Source: Minisyncoccota bacterium (GTDB lineage Bacteria > Patescibacteriota > Minisyncoccia > Phycocordibacterales > UBA9973). Taken from it: a stretch of DNA of 64,000 nucleotides. Position 1 is the stretch's first letter. The number at the start of each line of letters is the position of its first letter. Location: positions 76,793 through 140,792 of the forward strand of contig JAGOUR010000001.1 in NCBI GenBank assembly GCA_018061145.1, in the 5' to 3' direction. Both the position numbers and the translations under genes were made by a program. Shown here in pieces: positions 56,706-64,000 of this stretch. The notes under the pieces were generated by a model. That model searched no databases. It was given only the letters and a program-made list of their open reading frames with translations, and was not told the origin of the DNA.

Positions 56706-57665
56706 TTATTTAGTACTTATGATAAATACTATATATGCTACGTAAATCATAATCATAACTACCCCTTGCCATCTCTGTAGTGTATGCTTTTTGCCTATAA
56801 ACATGACCAGGAACAAAATCAAACTAGCCAAAATTGTCATGATTATATCTATATCAGAATCTGGACTAAATGGCAGAGGTCTTATCAATGAGCTAAATCC
56901 AAGTATAAAGAAAATATTAAATATATTTGAACCTACGACATTTCCTATCGCAATATCGGATTGTTTTTTATATGCAGCTACTGCTGAAGTTGCCAATTCT
57001 GGTAGAGACGTACCAATGGCCACTATCGTCAATCCAATCAGAGACTGACTGACATTGAACATAGTGGCTATATGGACAGCTCCATCTACGATCCACTTGC
57101 CACCCAATACGAGGCCAGCTAATCCTGCGACTATATACAGAGAAGATTTTGAGTAACTTAAATCTTTGACTTCATCTACCTCCGAGCTCTCCTCTTCTGA
57201 AACCTTGGCAATTCCAAATGTGTAATACAAGAAAATTATAAAAAACGCCATCAAGACAATACCATCGAGCCTAGTCAAACCTGAGAATATTGCATTGTCT
57301 ATCCTGATATCATTTACCATTACACCTAGGACCAGGGCTGCGAGTAATGACATAGGTATCTCCTTCCATACAGTATTCTTTTTTGCAGTCAACGGATAGA
57401 TTATCGAAGCTATACCTAGGATCAAGAAAATATTTACGATATTACTACCTAGTATATTTCCTATTGCGATTTCTGTATTACCCTCGATGCTGGCAAATAT
57501 ATTTACTATGAGCTCTGGAGCAGAAGTTCCAAATGCTACTATGGTCAATCCTATGACCAAACTAGAAATTTTTAATTTTTTTGCAATAGAAGCAGAACCA
57601 TCCACGAGCCAACCTGCCCCCTTGATAAGCAAAACAAAACCTAAAACAAACAATACATATATCAT
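56706..57665 (-). CDS. CaCA-family cation/Ca2+ antiporter (YrbG-like)
   Basis: Two alpha-repeats, GTSAPELIVNIFA and GTSLPELATSAVAA; ~10 TM helices. Confidence 0.85.
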   Translation of the reverse strand: MIYVLFVLGFVLLIKGAGWLVDGSASIAKKLKISSLVIGLTIVAFGTSAPELIVNIFASIEGNTEIAIGNILGSNIVNIFLILGIASIIYPLTAKKNTVWKEIPMSLLAALVLGVMVNDIRIDNAIFSGLTRLDGIVLMAFFIIFLYYTFGIAKVSEEESSEVDEVKDLSYSKSSLYIVAGLAGLVLGGKWIVDGAVHIATMFNVSQSLIGLTIVAIGTSLPELATSAVAAYKKQSDIAIGNVVGSNIFNIFFILGFSSLIRPLPFSPDSDIDIIMTILASLILFLVMFIGKKHTLQRWQGVVMIMIYVAYIVFIISTK

Positions 57666-57730
57666 ATAAAATAATAATGAATATCCTTTATTTCAAGGAT
57701 ATTCATCCTAAAACTAAAATCTAATAAATA

Positions 57731-57952
57731 CTAATTCTCCCACTTGATCTGGAATTCCACCTCTTCTGTCTTGCCGCTCTTTTCATGCTCGATATTCATC
57801 AGTGCATTCTCTGGTACATTTATCTTTTCACCTGCAATTTGAATAGAAAACTTTTTGCCCTTTTCCACAGAGTCGGCGAGTCGGCGCAATTTTTTTACAA
57901 ATTCACCTTTTGTATAGGTCTTTTCAACGTCTCTTGCTTTTGATTTTTTCAT
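57731..57952 (-). CDS. Small hypothetical protein (~73 aa; amphi-Trp-like, ends ...FQIKWEN)
   Basis: ORF; internal Met MKKSKARDV preferred as start. Confidence 0.35.
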   Translation of the reverse strand: MKKSKARDVEKTYTKGEFVKKLRRLADSVEKGKKFSIQIAGEKINVPENALMNIEHEKSGKTEEVEFQIKWEN

Positions 57953-57998
57953 ACAGGCATTATAGCAAAATATGGTTTGATTTTCTATTTCAATACAA

Positions 57999-59117
57999 TC
58001 AGTGACTATGCCCATGATGCCCTAGAGCACTCTTGCCTTTGTATCCCCGTAGGAAATACACTGCGAGGAGTGTAGTGATAGGCACGGTCAATACTAGGCC
58101 GATACTACCCACCATAGTGCGCACAATCTCTGTAGAGAATAATTCCGAGCTGATTATCAAGCGCCATGAATATTCAGAACTAGAGAATAGTAATAGCAGT
58201 GGTAATGATGCCCCTGCATATGCCAATACAAGAGTATTCACTAGTGCAGACACATGCTCTTTCCCTACCCTCATAGCTTTTTTGTATACTTCTTTTGGCT
58301 TCAGGTGGCTCGCTGATTGGTATATCTCACTCACGACTGCTGCCTGAGTCACAGCGATATCATCGAGTATTCCTAGTACTCCTATTAGAACACCTCCGAG
58401 CAGTAATCCATGAAAGTTTAGCTTGATCGCACTACTCACCTGGAGATATGTCGCTTCGTCACTATCAAACCCAGTGAGATTCATCAGCCATACAGAAAAA
58501 ACTGCGAGTACTCCAGTCAAGACGACTGAGATGATCGTACCAGAAAAAGCGACAGATGATTCCCTATTGAAACCATGGGTAAAATAAATTGCAAAAAATA
58601 AAATAATTGATGCCACCACGATACTCACTAGCATTGGTGAATAACCTTTTATCAAAAGAGGTAGCAGTACATATCCGATCACCAAAAAGCTCCCAGTCAA
58701 AGACAAGATAGATCGGAGGCCCTGCTTGCCACTAAAGACAACTATGATAATTCCAAAAATTAAAAATAAAAGTAGTATTGGAATTTGTCTGTCTCTCTCT
58801 TTTACACTATATATAGCTTCTCCATCAAGATCGCCTTTTTCGATAAAGAAAACATCGTTTTTCTCTAGTCTGATATAATCGTTTTCCAATTCAACCTTTT
58901 TACCTTTTTCTGGGCCATCGATAATCTCCGTAGAGAGGGTCTGATTTAAGCTATCGATACCCCCTTTGTTAAACTCTTCCAATATAGTACTATTTTCTTC
59001 TTTGACTACCTCTAGGACCCGAGCTCTGTGTATATTGCTATTTTGAGCATATAGCGGAATAGCCGTAGCTAGTAGCAATAGAATTAAAAATGTTTTCTTT
59101 ATAGTATTAATCTTCAT
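57999..59117 (-). CDS. YibE/F-like polytopic membrane protein with a His-rich C-terminus
   Basis: Signal peptide, a ~110-aa extracytoplasmic domain, then 6-7 TM helices, ending GHHGHSH. Confidence 0.5.
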   Translation of the reverse strand: MKINTIKKTFLILLLLATAIPLYAQNSNIHRARVLEVVKEENSTILEEFNKGGIDSLNQTLSTEIIDGPEKGKKVELENDYIRLEKNDVFFIEKGDLDGEAIYSVKERDRQIPILLLFLIFGIIIVVFSGKQGLRSILSLTGSFLVIGYVLLPLLIKGYSPMLVSIVVASIILFFAIYFTHGFNRESSVAFSGTIISVVLTGVLAVFSVWLMNLTGFDSDEATYLQVSSAIKLNFHGLLLGGVLIGVLGILDDIAVTQAAVVSEIYQSASHLKPKEVYKKAMRVGKEHVSALVNTLVLAYAGASLPLLLLFSSSEYSWRLIISSELFSTEIVRTMVGSIGLVLTVPITTLLAVYFLRGYKGKSALGHHGHSH

Positions 59118-59213
59118 TCTTTTATTTTATCACAGATATCAAAACTCGTCCCTTTTATAAAAAAATCACCCATTGCAGGGTGATTTCTTAGTAGGAAATT
59201 AGTAATTAAATTT

Positions 59214-59648
59214 TTACTGAATCGTACTTATATCTTTCAATATTTCTGTAGCATGATTCGCAGGGTCTACTTTTTCATACACCCTTACCACTGTCCCATT
59301 GTCTATCAGATACGAGATGCGCTTTGTGAAAAGTAGTCCAGATGCACCATACTCCTTTATGACTTTTTTATCTGGGTCTGACAATAGTGTAAATGGCAGA
59401 TTGTATTTCTCTGCAAACTTCTTGTGACTCGCAGGTGAATCTGCTGACACACCAAATACTGTGATTCCTGCCTTTTTAAAATCCTCGTATACCTCGGTGA
59501 TCATGCAGGCCTCCTTTGTACATCCAGGAGTATCGTCCTTTGGGTAGAAATACAGAAGCACACGACCAGAGTAGTCGGATAATTTATGAACTACATTGTC
59601 TTGATCAACAAGACTAAAATCTATAATTTTTGTTCCTTGTTTTAACAT
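59214..59648 (-). CDS. bcp: Peroxiredoxin Bcp (thiol peroxidase, AhpC/TSA family)
   Basis: LLYFYPKDDTPGCTKEAC carries the peroxidatic and resolving Cys. Confidence 0.92.
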   Translation of the reverse strand: MLKQGTKIIDFSLVDQDNVVHKLSDYSGRVLLYFYPKDDTPGCTKEACMITEVYEDFKKAGITVFGVSADSPASHKKFAEKYNLPFTLLSDPDKKVIKEYGASGLLFTKRISYLIDNGTVVRVYEKVDPANHATEILKDISTIQ

Positions 59649-59781
59649 AGTTTTATTGTAGCATGAACAAAAATGAACCTAAATCTTCATGAATAGTATC
59701 CTTTATGGAGCAAATAACAGTCATGAGTGGCAATATAAGCTCCACATACAAAAACAAGATTCATAAATGCAAAAATTTATT

Positions 59782-62073
59782 TTATTTATTCATCATTGCT
59801 TTTGTAAGAGGACCCACTACACCGTCACCTATCAGTCCATTTGCTAATTGGAATTTAATAACTGCCCTCTTTGTTAAAACCCCAAAATAATTTGTTTCAA
59901 AACCCTTAGACCCAGGGCCTGCTTTTGCCACTATATACCCATGAGTATTGAGGAATTTCTGTAGTTCTTTAATTTCTCCGTTTTTTACTCCAATTTTCAA
60001 ATTACTTGAAAGTGTTAATTTACCCCTATTCACCTCTTTTGCATTTACATTTATGTTATTAGAATATTTATTGACCGAGCCACCCGACCCCGCCTTACTA
60101 CTTACAAATAATAAACTTCCATTTCGGATAGCTTTGGGTTCATCAGCGATAGTTTTTTTTGAGTTAATAACGTATTCAAAAATTACTAGATTCGATTTAT
60201 TCCCCACTACATCACATGAGATTGCTTTAATATTTTTTGATTCTATTAATGGAATTGGGTTTACATATTCTTCGCCAGATGAGCAACTGATCAAATCCCC
60301 ATCAAATGAATACTTAATTACATCCGAACCAAACGAACTCAAAATAACCTCAATTGATTCATTGTAGCTCCCGCTCGCGTGATTAGCTGTGACACTAGGT
60401 GGTGGGGTATTGTCAATAACGATCCCAGCATCATAAGAATATTCTGAATCAAGATTTTCAGATGATATCACATAGTTAACTTCACCTTCTGCATCATTTT
60501 GATCGACAGTATAACTAACAACCCATGAATTCCCTATATTAGAATATAAAGCACCTCCCACTACTTTTTCCCCACCCGAATAGAAATCAACAAGTAAAGT
60601 TTCTGAAATATCCCCAGTAGTATCAAACTCCAAAGTAATTATATCGCCTGCCTTGGATACTGTTGGCGATGAAAGTTCATTACTTGAGTAGACATTAATA
60701 TTATCCAATGTATAAATGGGAGAACTCCTTTTTATCATAAAAGTTCCTGATAATTCAAAACTAGTGCAAATAGGTTTTGGGTCATCGTCACAAACCTCGC
60801 CATTAATACCATAAGTTCCATCATCAATTAATGATATATCCCAATCAAAGGTACTTAAACTAGTTGACGAAACTAATGTCAAAGTCTCCGTACCATTATT
60901 CGCATAAATTGTATAATTTAGATTACCACCGTTTGGATCTGAGGAGGGGTTCCAGGTGATTGATAATTCATCTCCGTTGTAAACATTTCCAGGTATTGGT
61001 GTAATAAAAGAAGTTGGGTTTGGAGCAAGATTTTGCAATTCAGCAAATGGAATTGTCATACTAGCCACCTCGGTACTACCATCTCCGTATGTAGCTGTTA
61101 TCTCTGGGGAAATACTGTCGTAATAGTCCAAGCCACTTCTAGCAATATGAATATGAACATCTGGGCATCCAACTCCAACACTCGTAGAAAAAGTTTCTTT
61201 GTTTTGGTCTTCTTTCGATTCAACCGTTCTACTACCCTGATACCATCTATCTGTGATATCTGAACAAAATGATTCATGCTGGTAACGCAAATCCCATCCT
61301 TGATCAATTTTTGTTGCATCTGAATACAAAACAATCCAAAAATCATTACTAACGTCAATATTATTCAAACCTAAAGTAGAATCACCATTAGAGGTCAGTG
61401 AAATCAAACGATGCTGAGAGTCATTCTTTTCTGAGTGTGTATGATTAGAAACACTACTACCATCAAAAGTCCCAACTAACTCAACATCCGGACTATCCAT
61501 CCAATTTGAATCAAAAAAAGTAACGGGTGTATCCTTTTTAACTATATATACACTTAGACCTGAAGATGATTTTCCAGAACTTGGTTCTGCATTAAATTCA
61601 ATAAAAAAACTACTGCTATTTGTCAAAGTCAGAGGATTATTAAAATGAAACAAGTGATAATTATCTTTTGTTATATTTGTCTCCAAAGCAGGATTCTCTT
61701 TTGTAACATCAGATGGCACAAAAAAAATCTCTGGATATATACTATCAGGGTATATATCTTCACTAATATACTTATCCTCGTCACGATCATAAGTCATTGT
61801 CTTTTGAATTTTTGTTGAAAACGGAAGACCACTTGCATCATAATCCCAACTCTTAGACCCGTCTGCGTTTAACAGTTGTATTACAGCTTCTACAGATACT
61901 GGTGACCCAGATATTTGCGCTTTGATCTTATAAGGATTAAAAATCGACACATCTAATTTAGGGTCAATTTCAATATTTGTAATTGATTCTGCGAGTACAA
62001 TATTTGATGATGAAATAAAAATTGTACAAAATATCAATGCAAAAAAAATTTTATTAAGAGTATCAAGCTTCAT
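59782..62073 (-). CDS. Large secreted Asn/Ser/Asp-rich protein with a C-terminal peptidoglycan-binding (PG_binding_1) domain
   Basis: Signal peptide MKLDTLNKIFFALIFCTIFISSSNIVLA. The C-terminus LQKFLNTHGYIVAKAGPGSKGFETNYFGVLTKRAVIKFQLANGLIGDGVVGPLT matches the PG-binding consensus. Confidence 0.65.
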   Translation of the reverse strand: MKLDTLNKIFFALIFCTIFISSSNIVLAESITNIEIDPKLDVSIFNPYKIKAQISGSPVSVEAVIQLLNADGSKSWDYDASGLPFSTKIQKTMTYDRDEDKYISEDIYPDSIYPEIFFVPSDVTKENPALETNITKDNYHLFHFNNPLTLTNSSSFFIEFNAEPSSGKSSSGLSVYIVKKDTPVTFFDSNWMDSPDVELVGTFDGSSVSNHTHSEKNDSQHRLISLTSNGDSTLGLNNIDVSNDFWIVLYSDATKIDQGWDLRYQHESFCSDITDRWYQGSRTVESKEDQNKETFSTSVGVGCPDVHIHIARSGLDYYDSISPEITATYGDGSTEVASMTIPFAELQNLAPNPTSFITPIPGNVYNGDELSITWNPSSDPNGGNLNYTIYANNGTETLTLVSSTSLSTFDWDISLIDDGTYGINGEVCDDDPKPICTSFELSGTFMIKRSSPIYTLDNINVYSSNELSSPTVSKAGDIITLEFDTTGDISETLLVDFYSGGEKVVGGALYSNIGNSWVVSYTVDQNDAEGEVNYVISSENLDSEYSYDAGIVIDNTPPPSVTANHASGSYNESIEVILSSFGSDVIKYSFDGDLISCSSGEEYVNPIPLIESKNIKAISCDVVGNKSNLVIFEYVINSKKTIADEPKAIRNGSLLFVSSKAGSGGSVNKYSNNINVNAKEVNRGKLTLSSNLKIGVKNGEIKELQKFLNTHGYIVAKAGPGSKGFETNYFGVLTKRAVIKFQLANGLIGDGVVGPLTKAMMNK

Positions 62074-62191
62074 TCTTGTATTTTAACATAAAAAAGTATT
62101 CGAAGCAGATTGTTGTCCTTACCATACAGAATAACCTCTAATGTTTACAAAGAGATCCGGACAAAAAGATTGTTAGTAGAACTACTAATTA

Positions 62192-62809
62192 TTAAAAAGA
62201 GGAACCAAGGAGCTCAGACAATCTGATCCTTAAACTTTCATTGTCTGTATATAGTATAGGTGTATAACCTACCTCCCCAGATGAAGACAGTGAACTTTCT
62301 GAATCATCCACAAAAATAGCTTCTGAAGATTTCACTCCCAACTTATTAAAAGTGATCTCAAAAATTTCTTTGTCCGGCTTTTGATACCCCTCTTCTCCGG
62401 ACACGACAACTTCATCGAACAGATGATCAATATTTTGATTTTTCACTCTATCTCTTAGTGTGGTTGTGTAGTTGCTCAATATCGCAGTCTTGAATCCTGA
62501 TGCCTTTAGTTTCTCGATCATATCAATCAATTCACTATTTAATTTTTTACTCTTACTCCCCTCATCAAAAAATCTAGCGAGTTTTTCCAGCTTTACCGGG
62601 TCAGATGTGAACTCCCGAGCTACCACTAGGGCCACATCTTCCCAAGCCTTATTTTCTACATTTGTCAGATGATTATAATTCAGATATTTTGATCTCCATT
62701 CCTCTTTGGACACTCCCAATATATCAGTAATACCCGAAATCAATTTCACTCCTGAGATTTCTATAACACCACCATAATCAAAAATGATAGCTGAAAATTT
62801 ATTTTGCAT
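62192..62809 (-). CDS. HAD-superfamily hydrolase (subfamily IA-like)
   Basis: Motif I FDYGGVI, a lysine-containing motif III, and a DD motif IV (VFVDDSE). Confidence 0.8.
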   Translation of the reverse strand: MQNKFSAIIFDYGGVIEISGVKLISGITDILGVSKEEWRSKYLNYNHLTNVENKAWEDVALVVAREFTSDPVKLEKLARFFDEGSKSKKLNSELIDMIEKLKASGFKTAILSNYTTTLRDRVKNQNIDHLFDEVVVSGEEGYQKPDKEIFEITFNKLGVKSSEAIFVDDSESSLSSSGEVGYTPILYTDNESLRIRLSELLGSSF

Positions 62810-62839
62810 AATTGGATTATACTACAATTTAATCATACA

Positions 62840-62872
62840 AATAAAAAAGCTGACCTATGTAGGCCAGCCTTC
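62840..62872 (-). terminator. Terminator after gene 62878-63204
   Basis: GGCTGGCCtacataGGTCAGCT followed by TTTTTTATTT on the minus strand. Confidence 0.6.
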
Positions 62873-62877
62873 TCTTT

Positions 62878-63204
62878 TTAAATAAAAAATTTTACGATAG
62901 AAATATGTTCACAAATACCGATATCCCACCTAGGATTAAAGCGTGGCCGATCAAAGGTAGAACGATACAATGAAGACAATTCCTCTTCTCCATCAAATCT
63001 CACTTTTTCATGATCTAGAACCACAAGAGTTTCTTTTGAGTCAAATTCCTTTATGGCTATTTCATAAGCCTCCTCTATAGTTGGAACTCTTTCTAATTTA
63101 CGGATAGATTTTGCGACTTTTCTTGCATACATTCCATTACACCCAGTGACTATTTTCATAGCAACTTTACCATCTAATAAGACAGTGATTAAACCTTGTG
63201 TCAT
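62878..63204 (-). CDS. Hypothetical protein (~108 aa)
   Basis: ORF; start moved to ATG 63204 (MTQGLITVLL...). The ORF-track N-terminus begins at a TTG inside the -35 box. Confidence 0.45.
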   Translation of the reverse strand: MTQGLITVLLDGKVAMKIVTGCNGMYARKVAKSIRKLERVPTIEEAYEIAIKEFDSKETLVVLDHEKVRFDGEEELSSLYRSTFDRPRFNPRWDIGICEHISIVKFFI

Positions 63205-63208
63205 ATAT

Positions 63209-63258
63209 TTGTTATATTGTATTTTAATTACAATATAACAAACAAGACACATTGTCAA
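63209..63258 (-). promoter_or_regulatory. Conserved promoter module TTGACA-N15-TGtTATATT (copy 2), with an 11-bp perfect inverted repeat spanning the -10 and the transcript start
   Basis: -35 at 63253-63258 and -10 at 63232-63237. Inverted repeat: GTTATATTGTA at 63211-63221 and TACAATATAAC at 63229-63239. Confidence 0.6.
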
Positions 63259-63294
63259 TAAAATAAAAACGCTATTGATGGTGATTTTATTTTA

Positions 63295-63312
63295 CTCCGA
63301 ATGCGAGAGGAG
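63295..63312 (+). repeat. GC-rich 18-nt motif CTCCGAATGCGAGAGGAG (copy A) upstream of the NUDIX gene
   Basis: Matches copy B at 15 of 17 aligned positions; ~55% GC in AT-rich surroundings. Confidence 0.5.
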
Positions 63313-63352
63313 CCTCCATGTATACTTATCGCTCTGTGATATAATTCTATTT

Positions 63353-63805
63353 ATGAACAAAGAAAATGCTCTACCCTATTCACACGTTGGTGTATATGGG
63401 ATCTATATCAAAAACAATGCGGTTTTGATGATAAGGAAATCTCGTGGTCCGTACGAGGGTATGTACGATCTACCAGGAGGCAGAATGGAGGCTGGAGAGA
63501 CTATGGAGCAAGGTCTCAGAAGAGAGTTCATTGAAGAAGTCGGATCTGAGGTCACAGACCAGACCTTCTTGTCTGAAAATGAGTACACTACTGAGAATTA
63601 CCGAGGCAGTCGCTTTCGCCACTTTGGTACATACTACATCGTCTCTATTTCTTCAGACACTGTAAAGACGGATGCAGATGGCCATGATTCACTAGGAGCT
63701 GAATTTATCAATCTTGATACACTCGATCAAGTAGAGATCGCTCCGATAGCCCTACCGATGATTCTAAAAGCTGCGGAGCAGATGAAAAATAATAAACGCG
63801 AATAA
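63353..63805 (+). CDS. NUDIX hydrolase
   Basis: NUDIX box GGRMEAGETMEQGLRREFIEEVG. The start is set at ATG 63353, 7 nt after the extended -10 TGaTATAAT (63337-63345). Confidence 0.85.
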   Translation: MNKENALPYSHVGVYGIYIKNNAVLMIRKSRGPYEGMYDLPGGRMEAGETMEQGLRREFIEEVGSEVTDQTFLSENEYTTENYRGSRFRHFGTYYIVSISSDTVKTDADGHDSLGAEFINLDTLDQVEIAPIALPMILKAAEQMKNNKRE

Positions 63806-63830
63806 TGCAATTTAGTCTCTCTTAATAATA

Positions 63831-63858
63831 AAAAACACCACACAAAGTGGTGTTTTTA
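63831..63858 (+). terminator. Intrinsic terminator after the NUDIX gene
   Basis: ACACCACacaaaGTGGTGT followed by TTTTTAC. Confidence 0.75.
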
Positions 63859-63864
63859 CTTATG

Positions 63865-63881
63865 CTCCGAATGTGGGAGGA
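63865..63881 (+). repeat. GC-rich motif CTCCGAATGTGGGAGGA (copy B) downstream of the NUDIX terminator
   Basis: See copy A. Additional shared flanking bits: TTTTAC upstream, TATCG and TAATT downstream at similar spacing. Confidence 0.5.
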
Positions 63882-64000
63882 ATTTCGGGTGAGTATCGTT
63901 AGTAATAATTAGATTATTTAAACACCAATTTTGGGCTCCCAGTTTTTTACATTTGTATGTAAAATCTTTAATTTTGAAAGCCAGTTTATTATAAAGAAGA

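Overview
Low-GC (~33-36%), gene-dense bacterial chromosome segment, standard genetic code. Lineage is unresolved: fermentative, surface-protein-rich gene content resembles CPR/Patescibacteria, but one secreted protein ends in a T9SS-type C-terminal sorting domain typical of the FCB group. Roughly 63 protein genes, one tRNA and no rRNA, CRISPR or recognisable mobile element.

Main contents:
- 1-6817 (-): the 5' part of a giant signal-peptide-bearing, Thr/Ser/Gly-rich surface protein. It contains a 100%-identical, in-frame 300-bp tandem duplication.
- ~6820-10150: an AT-rich accessory islet holding a small MerR-like HTH gene preceded by nested palindromes, hpf, yggU (DUF167) and two hypotheticals. 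It ends in tRNA-Glu(CUC) flanked by a 5' tRNA fragment and an inverted 3' tRNA fragment.
- 10155-33700 (-): a long co-directional run of minus-strand housekeeping genes. Order: PIN-PhoH (YlaK); dcw cluster mraZ-rsmH-ftsL-ftsI-murF with MraZ boxes in its promoter; purA, guaB, FAD-linked oxidase, fba, purC, large purL; after a short plus-strand break (pfkB-family kinase, small hypothetical), gap-GIY-YIG-rpiB-rpe-split transketolase.
- 33787-38112 (+): a four-gene hydroxypyruvate/glycerate-to-pyruvate operon: 2-hydroxyacid dehydrogenase, MOFRL glycerate kinase, enolase and a minimal 266-aa pyruvate kinase.
- 38146-41214 (-): an aldehyde dehydrogenase and an acetolactate-synthase-like ThDP enzyme.
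- 41758-46300 (-): a compact copper-homeostasis operon: csoR, DUF305, copA, an HMA-DsbD/CcdA-like permease and a cupredoxin-like protein. A perfect CsoR-type operator palindrome sits inside a near-consensus leaderless promoter.
- 46386-63805: a mixed envelope/stress region. It holds an ABC-F ATPase, a 43-aa basic protein with its own promoter and terminator, a GH5-like glycosidase with an SH3b domain, a peptidoglycan-binding secreted protein, a pore-only K+ channel, MscL fused to a zinc ribbon, terC, a CaCA antiporter, bcp, HAD and NUDIX hydrolases, and a 436-aa PP-loop/QueC-like enzyme of unknown function.

Recurring sequence-level signals:
- At least six genes have an extended -10 (TGnTAnnAT) placed 6-7 nt before the ATG, implying leaderless mRNAs.
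- Two unrelated genes share a ~45-bp TTGACA-N15-TATATT promoter module.
- An 18-nt GC-rich motif flanks the NUDIX gene.
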